From a virus, in the IMG/VR virus record IMGVR_UViG_3300025122_000009, positions 23,795 to 87,794 of that record: a stretch of DNA of 64,000 nt, one strand, 5' to 3'. This document shows, piece after piece, positions 9,420 to 19,641 of the stretch (position 1 is the first letter of the stretch; every line of letters starts with the position of its first letter). Below the pieces are notes generated by a model that worked only from the letters and a program-made list of their open reading frames with translations, searched no databases and had not been told where the DNA came from. The translations under genes and the position numbers were made by a program.

Positions 9420-9938
9420 ATGACACAAAACAAATGGAGCCAGCCCGACCAGCCGCCACCGCCCTTGTTTATGGGGCAAAAGGAACGCAATCTTGTTAAG
9501 CAAGTCAACGATGAACTCATTGAAAGAGTTATCGGGCAACAAGTTTTATATTATCCCATTAGTATAGATCACACGGACTTTCACGATATTTATGGGGAAG
9601 CGATAAGAAAAACATTTCTTCCTCCAATCCGAGTATACGCCCTTGTAGAGTGGAATGGGTATGAAACTGAGAATACTCACATGGGGGTTCACAGGCGCCC
9701 GTCTGTGGTGATCCATTTTCATCATCGAAGACTAACACAAGACCAAGATCTATATGTGCGAGAAGGAGATTTTGTTTTATATGGACAGTCATATTACGAA
9801 ATCGTATCAACGGATGAACCAAAAGAATTATTTGGGCAAAATGCTCACAAGGTGGAAATAAGCGCGCAATGTATTAAAGCCCGTCAAAGTTTGTTTGATG
9901 CTGGTGGAATAATAGGAAACCCCAACTCTTATCCTTAA
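9420..9938 (+). CDS. Neck/head-closure protein, gp14-like
   Basis: GQQVLYYP, IYGE, EGDFVLYG..YYEI; synteny. Confidence 0.65.
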   Translation: MTQNKWSQPDQPPPPLFMGQKERNLVKQVNDELIERVIGQQVLYYPISIDHTDFHDIYGEAIRKTFLPPIRVYALVEWNGYETENTHMGVHRRPSVVIHFHHRRLTQDQDLYVREGDFVLYGQSYYEIVSTDEPKELFGQNAHKVEISAQCIKARQSLFDAGGIIGNPNSYP

Positions 9939-9953
9939 AGGAAAAAAGTAGAG

Positions 9954-10895
9954 ATGACAAAAACAGTAGAAAATCTCCCCTATCATGTCTCCACAATCGA
10001 GACGATTGATGGTGCTTTCTGGGACCACATTCAAGATATGAATATTCATGTCATTGGGAACCAAGGGTGGAAAAAAATGCCGGTGATATGGGCTTCCGCC
10101 GAACGGGCTTATCAGATCAAGCATAACCAGGACCTTAGAGATCCGGATGGGAGTCTTATCCTTCCTATTTTGACCATCGAGCGAACGGCTGTTGAAAAGA
10201 GCCTGTCTAAAAAAGGGAGCTTCTTTGGCTATGTGCCGTACCTTTATCCTGACGGCAAGCGTGACGGAGTTACGGTCGCTCGACAAATGAACCAAGCTAA
10301 GACGGGCGATTTTGAAAACGCTTTATCCAAATATCATACTACTAAAAGTAATTCTCCTCGCCCTCCGACCAAGACGGTTTACAAATATGCGTCGGTACCG
10401 ATGCCCGTCTATTTATATATCACTTATGCAGTCACAATACGGACTCAATACCAGCAGCAGATGAATCAGGCCATGGCTCCTTTCTGGACGGACACCGGAG
10501 GAATTAATTATTTTACTATTTTTAAAGATGGTCATAATTTTGAAGCCTTCATAGCCGAAAGCTTTGGCCAAGAGAACAATTTTTCTAATATGGGAACTGA
10601 TGAGCGAACCATTGAAACAAAATTCGATATTAATGTTTTGGGATATGTGATTGGAGCAGATGCAAACCAGGAGACCCCCAAGGTGGTAGTGAGAGAAAGC
10701 GTGGTGGACGTTAAATATACTAATGAAAGAGCTATATTTGGGCAAATCCCGCAAGGCATAAGCCAAGCTGAGTGGGGTGCCTATTGTGGGGTTCCAAATC
10801 ACAGATCTGAGAGAGTTAATAATCCGGGAACCGGCAAGAATCCTGGTGCCCCGGGCTTCCCCCTTCCTTGTGAGGATTTTTTGGACGAGGGTTAA
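9954..10895 (+). CDS. Tail terminator/sheath stabiliser, gp15-like
   Basis: PVIWASAER, LPILTIER, PMPVYLYITYAVTIRT..QQQMNQ; lies between neck and sheath genes. Confidence 0.6.
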   Translation: MTKTVENLPYHVSTIETIDGAFWDHIQDMNIHVIGNQGWKKMPVIWASAERAYQIKHNQDLRDPDGSLILPILTIERTAVEKSLSKKGSFFGYVPYLYPDGKRDGVTVARQMNQAKTGDFENALSKYHTTKSNSPRPPTKTVYKYASVPMPVYLYITYAVTIRTQYQQQMNQAMAPFWTDTGGINYFTIFKDGHNFEAFIAESFGQENNFSNMGTDERTIETKFDINVLGYVIGADANQETPKVVVRESVVDVKYTNERAIFGQIPQGISQAEWGAYCGVPNHRSERVNNPGTGKNPGAPGFPLPCEDFLDEG

Positions 10896-10937
10896 TATAA
10901 AAAACATATTTGTTTAGAGTTTTTGGTCAAGTAAGGA

Positions 10938-10947
10938 ACTAATTATA
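10938..10947 (+). promoter_or_regulatory. Putative late promoter motif ACTAATTATA
   Basis: Variant of the recurring motif upstream of the sheath gene. Confidence 0.6.
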
Positions 10948-11002
10948 AGGAGAAATTATTGTAAATAAAGCTATTAGTTGCAGTTAAAAGGAGAACAACA
11001 AG

Positions 11003-13966
11003 ATGTCAATTAAGCAATTTAAATTTGTATCCCCGGGTGTTTTTGTCAACGAGATTGACAATTCTTTTCTTCCGGAGATCCCAGACAAGGTTGGCCCTGT
11101 CGTCATCGGCAGAACAGAGCGCGGCCCTGCGATGGAGCCTTATAAGGTTAATTCTTTTGCGGAATTTGTAAATGTTTTCGGCAATCCTATTCCCGGCGGC
11201 TCGGGCAAGGATGTATGGAGATACGGAAACTACACTTCTCCCACCTATGCAGCTTATGCTGCTCAAGCTTATTTGCGAAATAGCGCTCCTGTTACTGTTG
11301 TTCGCCTATTGGGCGATGCCAATCCCGGCGCCACCGCCGCATCCGGAAAAGCTGGGTGGAAAACCAATCACGCATATAATAGCTTCGTCGGCGGCGGCGC
11401 ATTTGGTCTGTGGATAGCCCCCTCGTCTTCCCTCCAAGACAACATTACCGGCACTTTAGCCGCTGTTTGGTATATGGACAGAGGGTCGATCTACTTGAGT
11501 GGCACTAGAGCAGATGAGGGCGATGGCGCCGCAGGCGCCGCCCACGGACAGGGGGTGGCTGTAAAGAGCAGCAATTCCCCCTATGGGTTTAAAGCGATGG
11601 TTTATCAAGGCCCTGCCGGCGTGCACTCGGCCAACGCCGACCTGGCGACCGAGTTTAATTTTAACCCCAATAGCAGCAAGTTCATTCGTAAGGTTTTTAA
11701 CACTAATCCTACTTTGACAAATACTAATATTGGGCCATCGACTACAACAACCGCATCTTATTGGCTTGGCCCGACGTATGAGAACTGGCTTGGTAATCCC
11801 TACGCGGGTCACAACGTCACCTCCTCTGTCGGTTCTTATTGGGGAGTTATTTTACCCTTGAGAAACGCCGCTGAGAGCGTAGACGAATCGGATAACCAAG
11901 TGCAAATGACCACAGCCCAAACTGATTGGGTTTTCTCGCAGGATTTGGGGCAAGGTCCGAGCGCGACTGGTTCATATACATATGGCCAGATGCAAAATTT
12001 ATTTAAATTTTATGCGTTGAATAGCGGGTTGTGGGAAGGACAGCGGTTTAAGATCGCGATTCAAGATATTAAAGCTTCGACTAATAGTGCCTATCCTTAC
12101 GGATCGTTTTCGGTTGTTGTTCGGAACGCGAAAGACAGCGATTCTGCGATTGAATATATAGAAAGATTTTCTCAATGTAGTTTAGATCCCCAATCCCCCA
12201 ATTATATAGCTAGAAAAATTGGGGATGTTTATAAGGTATGGAACTACGAAGAAGGAAGATACAGGGAGTACGGAAACTACAAGAATCGTTCAAAATATAT
12301 CCGAGTTGGAATGAACGAGCAAGTAGATGGCGCCTTTACAAACGAAATGTTTTTGCCTTGGGGATACCGGGGGCCAACCAAATATGGGCCCTGGTTCTTT
12401 TTGAGTGGTGGGGTGGATGCATTTACAACTGCGGGGGGTAGTACCGCAACGACGGTACCTGTCACGGGCGGCCAGACCGTTGCGGGCGAAGCTGAAGGTT
12501 GGACTGGTATCGATGGTCAGTTAATCTCGTATACCCCCCGCGTTGCCGCCGGGGCACAATCAATCATGTTTGTGACTCCTTCGATCTTGGCTCGAACTTC
12601 TAGCTTGACAGCACCGAATCCTTCTAAGGCATATTGGGGTGCCACGGCTCAAGTTCATGGCAAGCCAGCAGAATTTGATTATAATTGGTACGACTATGTG
12701 CGCGCCCTGAACGCGAATGTTGTGGGAGCACAACATTCGGAAACCCATGCGATGTTTAGTGCGCTGACAAGATCATTTATATTTAGTTTGGATGACTTAT
12801 CTGCTTCGGTTAATTATGCCGGAGGTCCCGGACAATCAACCACTTCTCAAGTAAATGATATGGGATGGCAACAAGGTGCTCGTGCGAAAGGAGTGTCCTA
12901 TCGCGGAACCGGATCGTATAGCGAACTTTTGAAGCGTGGATTCGACCAGTTTGTGATACCTCTTTACGGAGGTGCTAATGGGCTTGACATTCATGAAATG
13001 GATCCATTTAGAAACAGTAAGATGGGTGCCACGAGTGTTAACGAGACCACAAGCTATGAATATAATAGTATTAAAAGGGCCATTGAATCGGTGACCGATC
13101 CCGAAGTGGTAGATTGCAATATTATCACGATGCCGGGTCTTACACTTCCAGGGTTAAACCAGAGGTTGCTACGCGCCGCTGAATCCCGAGCGGATTCTTT
13201 GGCTGTTATCGATCTTCCTGGTGGCTATCAGCCAAAAACTGAAGCAGTTGGTAGCGAGCAAGATAGAATGGGCAGTATAGATGGCGTAATCCAGGGACTC
13301 GAAGACATGCAAGAAAATACGAGTTACGGATGTGCGTATTACCCATGGGTTCAGATAAGAGACCCACAAAATAATGCTATGTTTTGGGCACCACCATCTA
13401 TTGCTGCGTTGGGAGTTATGGCCAATACCGAAAAGAAAGCGGAATTGTGGTTTGCTCCTGCGGGCTTTAACCGAGGAGGATTAACAATTGGCGCAGCGGG
13501 CATTCCCATTACCAATGCACGCACAAAGCTTTCTTCAAAGGAGAGAGATAAGCTGTATGAGGCCAATATTAATCCTATTGCGTCTTTCCCAAGTGAAGGT
13601 CTTGTGGTCTTTGGCCAGAAAACTTTACAGGTTCAGACGTCAGCATTAGATAGAATTAATGTGCGTCGTCTCATGAACTTCATTAAGAAAGAAGTATCAC
13701 GCATGGCGGCCACTGTGTTGTTTGACCAAAATGTGCCGGCTACTTGGAATCGCTTCTTAAGCAAAGTTAATCCATTCTTGAGATCTGTTAAAGCTCGTTT
13801 TGGGTTGCAAGATTTTAAAGTTGTTTTGGATAGCACTACTACAACTCCGGAGTTGATTGATAGAAATATTATGTATGCTAAGATTTTCTTGAAACCAACA
13901 CGAGCTATTGAGTTTATTGCTATTGACTTTAATATCTCAAATAGCGGAGCGGCGTTTGCCGATTAA
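11003..13966 (+). CDS. Contractile tail sheath protein, gp18-like
   Basis: FVSPGVFVNEID, AYYPWV, WFAPAGFNRG, LYEANINPI, VFGQKTLQ..SALDRINVRRL, IFLKPTRAIEFI. Confidence 0.95.
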   Translation: MSIKQFKFVSPGVFVNEIDNSFLPEIPDKVGPVVIGRTERGPAMEPYKVNSFAEFVNVFGNPIPGGSGKDVWRYGNYTSPTYAAYAAQAYLRNSAPVTVVRLLGDANPGATAASGKAGWKTNHAYNSFVGGGAFGLWIAPSSSLQDNITGTLAAVWYMDRGSIYLSGTRADEGDGAAGAAHGQGVAVKSSNSPYGFKAMVYQGPAGVHSANADLATEFNFNPNSSKFIRKVFNTNPTLTNTNIGPSTTTTASYWLGPTYENWLGNPYAGHNVTSSVGSYWGVILPLRNAAESVDESDNQVQMTTAQTDWVFSQDLGQGPSATGSYTYGQMQNLFKFYALNSGLWEGQRFKIAIQDIKASTNSAYPYGSFSVVVRNAKDSDSAIEYIERFSQCSLDPQSPNYIARKIGDVYKVWNYEEGRYREYGNYKNRSKYIRVGMNEQVDGAFTNEMFLPWGYRGPTKYGPWFFLSGGVDAFTTAGGSTATTVPVTGGQTVAGEAEGWTGIDGQLISYTPRVAAGAQSIMFVTPSILARTSSLTAPNPSKAYWGATAQVHGKPAEFDYNWYDYVRALNANVVGAQHSETHAMFSALTRSFIFSLDDLSASVNYAGGPGQSTTSQVNDMGWQQGARAKGVSYRGTGSYSELLKRGFDQFVIPLYGGANGLDIHEMDPFRNSKMGATSVNETTSYEYNSIKRAIESVTDPEVVDCNIITMPGLTLPGLNQRLLRAAESRADSLAVIDLPGGYQPKTEAVGSEQDRMGSIDGVIQGLEDMQENTSYGCAYYPWVQIRDPQNNAMFWAPPSIAALGVMANTEKKAELWFAPAGFNRGGLTIGAAGIPITNARTKLSSKERDKLYEANINPIASFPSEGLVVFGQKTLQVQTSALDRINVRRLMNFIKKEVSRMAATVLFDQNVPATWNRFLSKVNPFLRSVKARFGLQDFKVVLDSTTTTPELIDRNIMYAKIFLKPTRAIEFIAIDFNISNSGAAFAD

Positions 13967-13977
13967 TTAAAAAAATG

Positions 13978-14013
13978 AATAGTGGAGTGGATATTTTAAT
14001 CCACTCCACTATT
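13978..14013. repeat. Perfect 15-bp inverted repeat between the sheath and tube genes
   Basis: AATAGTGGAGTGGAT-atttta-ATCCACTCCACTATT; the right arm overlaps the ACTATTTATA motif at 14008-14017. Confidence 0.85.
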
Positions 14014-14045
14014 TATAATACACTTCAGTAAGGAGACATAATGAA

Positions 14046-14642
14046 ATGGCAGGTTTTTGGACAGACATAAATATTGAACCAAAAAGAGCGTATAGATGGT
14101 TGGCGTACATCGGAGGAATGGACCCCTTTCTTTGTAAGAAATTTACAAAGCCGAAGGTAACAATTAGTGAAACTTCACACAAGTTTCTTAATCATACTTT
14201 TTGGTATCCCGGTCGAGCGGAATGGGATACGGTCTCCTTTACACTTGCTGACCCCGTTAATCCCGATGCTGCTGCCATTATGTTTGGCAAACTGATGATG
14301 TCTGGGTACAAATATCCAGACAACTTTAGCAATAGCGTGTCCACCATTTCCAAAGCCAAGTCCACAGCAGGACTTGGTGAAGTGAGAGTGGTCCAGTTGG
14401 GTTCTCAGGCATCTAGTGCTGATAATGCCAACCCCATTGAACAATGGACGTTGGTTAATGCCTGGATCAAAGACATCGGGTTTGGCGAACTGGATTATGA
14501 ATCTGAAGATATGGTTAACATTGAAGTGACTTTGCGGTATGATTATGCTGTGTTGGATCCATTTGATCCGGAAACCGCCGCCAAGGACCAAGATGGGGCT
14601 CCGGCTCCGACACCCCAACAGTTAGCTGATACTTTGGGTTAA
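14046..14642 (+). CDS. Tail tube protein, gp19-like
   Basis: EPKRAYRW, WYPGRAEWDTVSFTLADP, EQWTLVNAW..I.FGELDY, VTLRYDYA; follows sheath. Confidence 0.9.
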   Translation: MAGFWTDINIEPKRAYRWLAYIGGMDPFLCKKFTKPKVTISETSHKFLNHTFWYPGRAEWDTVSFTLADPVNPDAAAIMFGKLMMSGYKYPDNFSNSVSTISKAKSTAGLGEVRVVQLGSQASSADNANPIEQWTLVNAWIKDIGFGELDYESEDMVNIEVTLRYDYAVLDPFDPETAAKDQDGAPAPTPQQLADTLG

Positions 14643-14673
14643 CAGAATTTTAGGAGAAACAAATAGGTGATAT

Positions 14674-15552
14674 ATGGCGATTCGAAACAACGAAGAAAGA
14701 ATGGGAGCCCGACAGCGAAATAGTGGCGACCCACCCCCCCTCCAAGTAGAAGACCAAAAAGTAGAAAACACAAAGGAGGCACCCCCGCCTCCCATCGCTT
14801 TTTCAACCCCAACAGAATTTGTAGACCTACCTTCAAAGGGAATGTTCTATGCCGAGGGTCACCCACTCCATGGGAAGGATTCAATTGAAATTCGTTACAT
14901 GACAGCGAGGGACGAGGATATTCTAACCTCTAAATCCCTTTTGAAAAAGGGAATAGCTATTGACAGGCTATTGCAAAATGTTATTGTTGATAAGAATGTT
15001 GAAGTTGAACAGTTATTGATTGGCGACAAAAATGCCTTAGTGATTGCTGCAAGGATTACGGGGTATGGTGCGGATTACAGCACGAAGCTTATGTGCCCTG
15101 CTTGCGGCACCCATACCCAGACATCTATTGATCTGGGAGAAGTACCCCATGCAGAGGTAGAGTTCCCAGAAGAGGTGGATCGCACAGCAAACGGGACATT
15201 TATAATTATTCCTCCTCGTACCGAAGCACAGGTGGAAGTAAAATTGTTAACAGGGGTAGATGAGAAAAAGTTGGCTAAAACAATCGCGTTTAAAAAGAAG
15301 AAGAACCTTCCCGAGTCTACTCTAACAGATCAACTTAGATTGAGCATCGTATCAGTAAACGGAACAAAAGAACCTAATATGATTAATCTTTTTATTGGTG
15401 CGTTGCCCGCTTCAGACGCTCGTTATATTCGCGATCTTTATTCAAAAATCATGCCGAATGTAGATATGAAACATGAATTCGAATGTCCTGCCTGTGGTTA
15501 TGAACAGGAAGCGGAGGTGCCGTTCACAACGGACTTTTTTTGGCCTAAGTGA
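14674..15552 (+). CDS. Baseplate hub assembly/tail assembly chaperone (T4 gp26-like, two CxxC)
   Basis: VDLPSKG, IRYMTARDEDIL, ARITGYG, CPACG twice, C-terminal DFFWP. Confidence 0.75.
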   Translation: MAIRNNEERMGARQRNSGDPPPLQVEDQKVENTKEAPPPPIAFSTPTEFVDLPSKGMFYAEGHPLHGKDSIEIRYMTARDEDILTSKSLLKKGIAIDRLLQNVIVDKNVEVEQLLIGDKNALVIAARITGYGADYSTKLMCPACGTHTQTSIDLGEVPHAEVEFPEEVDRTANGTFIIIPPRTEAQVEVKLLTGVDEKKLAKTIAFKKKKNLPESTLTDQLRLSIVSVNGTKEPNMINLFIGALPASDARYIRDLYSKIMPNVDMKHEFECPACGYEQEAEVPFTTDFFWPK

Positions 15553-15763
15553 TAAGTACATCGAACATGTTTATGAACAATTTTTTGTCCTCAAATACCA
15601 CGGAGGATGGAGTTTCTTTGAGGCATACAATCTTCCGGTGAAGTTGCGTAGCTGGTTTTTACTTCGTTTGCAGAAGCAGTTGGAACAGGAAAAGCAGCAA
15701 ATGGATGAGGCATCCAGAAAAGCTAAGAGCAAAGGTGGCTCTCGTTCCCTCCCGCGCCGATGA
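15536..15763 (+). CDS. Probable frameshifted C-terminal extension of the tail chaperone
   Basis: +1-frame ORF (FFGLSDKYIEHVYEQFFVLKYHGGWSFFEAYNLPVKLRSWFL...) with no convincing own start; entered at the T7 run 15535-15541. Confidence 0.6.
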   Translation, partial: FFGLSDKYIEHVYEQFFVLKYHGGWSFFEAYNLPVKLRSWFLLRLQKQLEQEKQQMDEASRKAKSKGGSRSLPRR

Positions 15764-15798
15764 TAAATTAAACATTCCTTCCTTATTTTAATACAATA

Positions 15799-15808
15799 AC
15801 TAATTATA
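15799..15808 (+). promoter_or_regulatory. Putative late promoter motif ACTAATTATA
   Basis: Recurring motif upstream of the 15840 ORF and tape measure. Confidence 0.6.
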
Positions 15809-15839
15809 ATGAACCACTATATCCGTTGGAGGAGAAATA

Positions 15840-16205
15840 ATGGACAGTAAGATGCCTGATGAAACCCCTATTGTTATTGACTTGAGCGCAGCTAATAAAG
15901 TTGAGGTTAGTGAACGCCTCAACTATTTACAGAAGTTGGCTATTTCATCCCCCGAATTTTTGGGCAGTTGGATAGGCAGTATTATGCATCGTATGTTCGG
16001 GGGCCCTGCGATTCCCGTTACCGTGCGCGGCACTCGTTCCCAGATTAAAACTTTCGCCAATACCCTCCAAAAAGAAAAGCGTTATATTGAGAATTATAAT
16101 AAATATGGTTTAAATGATCCCAATACTTATAAATCCAAGGCTAAACTCCAAAATGCTGTCTCTAAATTTGAGCGAGCAACGGGTATAAGGTGGCCCTTCA
16201 AATAG
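15840..16205 (+). CDS. Hypothetical phage protein (tail module)
   Basis: 121-aa ORF with strong GGAGGAG RBS. Confidence 0.75.
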   Translation: MDSKMPDETPIVIDLSAANKVEVSERLNYLQKLAISSPEFLGSWIGSIMHRMFGGPAIPVTVRGTRSQIKTFANTLQKEKRYIENYNKYGLNDPNTYKSKAKLQNAVSKFERATGIRWPFK

Positions 16206-16219
16206 AGAGGAATCTATAG

Positions 16220-19200
16220 GTGACGAACGGACCACAAGACGAAGCTGCTGCTCAAAGAGCCGCCGATTTAGCCGCCCTTAATTTGGAACGCGCTAAGGCG
16301 CTATCTAAAATAAACGCAGAAAATCTTACCTTAGCGGAAGCCGCACAGAAAGCCAACGAAGGCACTATTAGAGCGCTCGAAAGACAGACTATGCACATGG
16401 AGCGTGAACTAGAACTGGCCATAGAGAAGGGCGACAAAGACCAAGACGAACTTGACGCCCTCCTAAAAAAAATCGATGCCAACAAAAGACTTGTGGGTCT
16501 GGCCCAGGATAATTTAGACCTTGCCAATAGGCGCGTTGAAGCACAAGGCAAACTACGCGATATAGGTGGGGACATTTTACGCTCTAGTATGGGTATTAAT
16601 ACTGCCTGGAAAGATAGTACAATGTTGGGCACCCTGGTATCCGCCGCCGAGTCTGGAGAAGACTTTGCTGATAACTTAAATCTAATTGCTGATGGCTTCG
16701 AAGATATGATACAGCCTCTCAACGTTGCGGGGATGGCTATTACCAAATTATTTGACACAACCAAACAGATGGTGTTGAGCCTCGACGGCGCTTTCGCTTC
16801 TTTCAACGCAGCAACTGGCCAAGCCGGAAAATATAATGAAACAATTGTTGCAACAGCCGATGCGGCAGCGAAGTTTGGCATAGATGCCGCCGGTGCTGGC
16901 GAAGCCGCACAAGCGCTTTTCGTAAACATGTCGAGCTATACAGATCTTGCCCCCGACGTAGCAGCCCAATTGGGCACAACGGCTGCCGGCTTGGAGAAAA
17001 TGGGGTTTGGGGCAGCCAACGCCGGCAAAATAATGGATCACGCCATGAAGGGGTGGGGCATGAGCGTTGGTGAGGCCGAACAAATGACAATGGACTTAGC
17101 AGCATCGGCCCAAGCCCTGGGCATGGATATAACACAATATGGAGCCCAATTTCAGACCGCCATGAAAGAGCTGGGCAAATATGGGCCTGAAGCCGTAGAC
17201 ATATTTAAGGATTTGGCCGCTGTTTCGAAAACGGCGGGTGTTGAAATGGATACGCTAATGGGAATAGCTGATCAGTTTGACACCATCGATAAAGCGGCAG
17301 AGGCATCCTCCAAACTTAATATGATTATGGGAGGAAATTTATTTAACAGCATGGAACTGTTGAATTTAAAAGAGCATGAAAGAATAAAGGTAGTCCAAAA
17401 GCGTATTGCTCAATCGGGTCGTTCGTGGTCAGCGATGGATCAACATGAAAGACAGGCTCTGGCGGCCACTCTTCAAATTAGCGATATGGCGGAAGCCAAT
17501 AGACTCTTCGGCATGAGCGCTTCGGCTTATGAAGAAAACGCCAAGAAATCGGCAGAAGCTACAATGCATCAAGAACAATTGGCAGAAGCTACTAAAGCCT
17601 CTACGTCCATGGGAGAGAAGTTTGCCCTTATTATGGAACGAATGGCTATTGGAGCGTCGTTTATTGTCGAGGGAATTAATTGGATTCTAGATGGGCTCTT
17701 AGAGTTGGGCGACGCGGCAGGATGGATACTATTTGGCGTATTGATTCTCGGGCTCTGGGCGCTCTCGGCTGTAATAAGAATTGTCGCAAAGAAAATGGGC
17801 CAATATATAGGGGAAGGGATGGGCGAAGCCATTCGGGGTGTAATGGACGCCACCGGTGAGGGAGCAGAGCAGCTAGGGGAGAGTATTCAAAAAATGGGAC
17901 AATCTATTCGAGCCGTCTGGCCTTCCATTTTGGCCATCGGCGCAGCTTTCTTGATGATGGGGCTCGCTCTCTTTTTGGTTGTATATGGTATTGTGCTCTT
18001 GGCCCGGGCCATAGGTGAATTATCGGGTGGTCAAATGTTCTTATTGGCAGGGATACTTATTGGAATTGGGGTGGGGCTATATTTTGCCATTCCCGCGTTA
18101 CTTTCATTTGCCGCAGCGTCTGCGGCATCCGCCGTCCCCATTCTTATGCTAGGAGCCGCTTTTGCCCTCTTCGGCCTCGCTGTATTATTGGCCGGTGTGG
18201 GATTATGGATTGTAGCTAATGCTATTCTAATGTTGGTACCCCATGTCGCTTCCGTTTTCCTTCTGGTGGTTGCTTTGGGACTTTTAGCAGCCGTATTGTG
18301 GGGCCTTTCTCTAGTTGCCTTTCCTATTTTCTTGGGCATGATCCTCATCTCTAGTGCTTTGGTGATACTAGGGGTGGGTATTGCAGCTGTCGCCATACCC
18401 ATGATGCTTTTCTCGTTGGCTGTTACCATGTTGGCGGCTGGTATAAAGGCCATGGCCGCCGGGATGTGGGCCTTTGCGGACGCTCTCTTCGCAATTGTTC
18501 CTCTGATCCCACAGGTAATGTTACTCGCAGGCTCGATGATGCTTCTGGGAATGTCTGCCATGCTATTGACTGTGTTTGGACCTTTAGCTGGAATTGGACT
18601 CGGAATTATGGCGCTTGGTGTAGGGTATCTGGCCGCTGCTTTGTTGCTGATTAAGACCAAAGATCTTATAGCATTGGGAGTAATAATGACAGGCTTTGCT
18701 GCAGCTGCCAAAAATATGGATAAGGTAAAGTCGGCTGCGGGTTATATTGATGATATGAACGACTCTCTACTAGATGGTCTCCCCGTTTATGAAGACGCGA
18801 TTCCTCTCCTAGCCATGCTTGGAACTTCTTTCGTTACTTTTGGTGGGGATGTATTAATGGGGGTGGCGGCTCTAGAATTATTTGGTGGTGTGTTATCATT
18901 TCTTACCCCAATAATGGAACTTTTCACGCAAACTTTTGACCATTTGGCTTTCGCAGTACTGCCACAATTTTTTAGCATGACTCCGATGTGGCTTGAGTTG
19001 GCTGCGGTATGGCTTACTTTCATGCCTATTGCTATGATGTTGGCCGCCGTTATACGAGAATTCGCGCTGTGGAGTATGATTGCTGCGTATGGCATGATGT
19101 CGCTGGGGGCCTCACTATTTTGGGCCGGGGCAGCTATCAATAGTATTCAGGCGGAGACCCTCAACGCGCTAGCGGAATTTTTCAAGGCCCTCGTTTTAGC

Positions 19201-19621
19201 TCTTCAAGGCGGTATTGCAGGGATGATGGACGACATTAGTTGGTCGTTGTGGCAAGTTAGCTGGGCGACCAATTTGCTTGATGAATCCGCGACGGCTAGT
19301 TTGGGGCACATGTTTCATGGATTGGCAGTCGCGTTCCCGGAAATTGCTAAACCAGAGGCCCCGGAGCAGTTGGAAAAAGTAGTTCAAGCGCTAAATTCGG
19401 TAGAAACTTCATGGATGGATAAAATTGGCGACGTGCTTGATCCCTTCGGTATTTACGGAGGCATTTTTGATGCGATGACTGGTGGGGGTGGTAAAAAAGA
19501 AGCTGCTGCAGGAACCGCCGGCGCCGGTAACCAGACCATTATATTAAAGGTGGATGGCCGAGAATTGGGTAGGGCCGTAACTAAGTCACTAAACCAAGTG
19601 AACAACTTGCAGCTAGGGTAA
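16220..19621 (+). CDS. Tape measure protein
   Basis: 1133 aa; Ala/Gly-rich helical, with a long hydrophobic central region; C-terminal ILKVDGRELG; position after tube and chaperone. Confidence 0.85.
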   Translation: MTNGPQDEAAAQRAADLAALNLERAKALSKINAENLTLAEAAQKANEGTIRALERQTMHMERELELAIEKGDKDQDELDALLKKIDANKRLVGLAQDNLDLANRRVEAQGKLRDIGGDILRSSMGINTAWKDSTMLGTLVSAAESGEDFADNLNLIADGFEDMIQPLNVAGMAITKLFDTTKQMVLSLDGAFASFNAATGQAGKYNETIVATADAAAKFGIDAAGAGEAAQALFVNMSSYTDLAPDVAAQLGTTAAGLEKMGFGAANAGKIMDHAMKGWGMSVGEAEQMTMDLAASAQALGMDITQYGAQFQTAMKELGKYGPEAVDIFKDLAAVSKTAGVEMDTLMGIADQFDTIDKAAEASSKLNMIMGGNLFNSMELLNLKEHERIKVVQKRIAQSGRSWSAMDQHERQALAATLQISDMAEANRLFGMSASAYEENAKKSAEATMHQEQLAEATKASTSMGEKFALIMERMAIGASFIVEGINWILDGLLELGDAAGWILFGVLILGLWALSAVIRIVAKKMGQYIGEGMGEAIRGVMDATGEGAEQLGESIQKMGQSIRAVWPSILAIGAAFLMMGLALFLVVYGIVLLARAIGELSGGQMFLLAGILIGIGVGLYFAIPALLSFAAASAASAVPILMLGAAFALFGLAVLLAGVGLWIVANAILMLVPHVASVFLLVVALGLLAAVLWGLSLVAFPIFLGMILISSALVILGVGIAAVAIPMMLFSLAVTMLAAGIKAMAAGMWAFADALFAIVPLIPQVMLLAGSMMLLGMSAMLLTVFGPLAGIGLGIMALGVGYLAAALLLIKTKDLIALGVIMTGFAAAAKNMDKVKSAAGYIDDMNDSLLDGLPVYEDAIPLLAMLGTSFVTFGGDVLMGVAALELFGGVLSFLTPIMELFTQTFDHLAFAVLPQFFSMTPMWLELAAVWLTFMPIAMMLAAVIREFALWSMIAAYGMMSLGASLFWAGAAINSIQAETLNALAEFFKALVLALQGGIAGMMDDISWSLWQVSWATNLLDESATASLGHMFHGLAVAFPEIAKPEAPEQLEKVVQALNSVETSWMDKIGDVLDPFGIYGGIFDAMTGGGGKKEAAAGTAGAGNQTIILKVDGRELGRAVTKSLNQVNNLQLG

Positions 19622-19641
19622 ATAAAGGAGGGTAGTGAAAA

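Noticed and set aside
16252-18711. 225-226-aa minus-strand ORFs
   Set aside because: Shadows of the Ala-rich tape-measure gene
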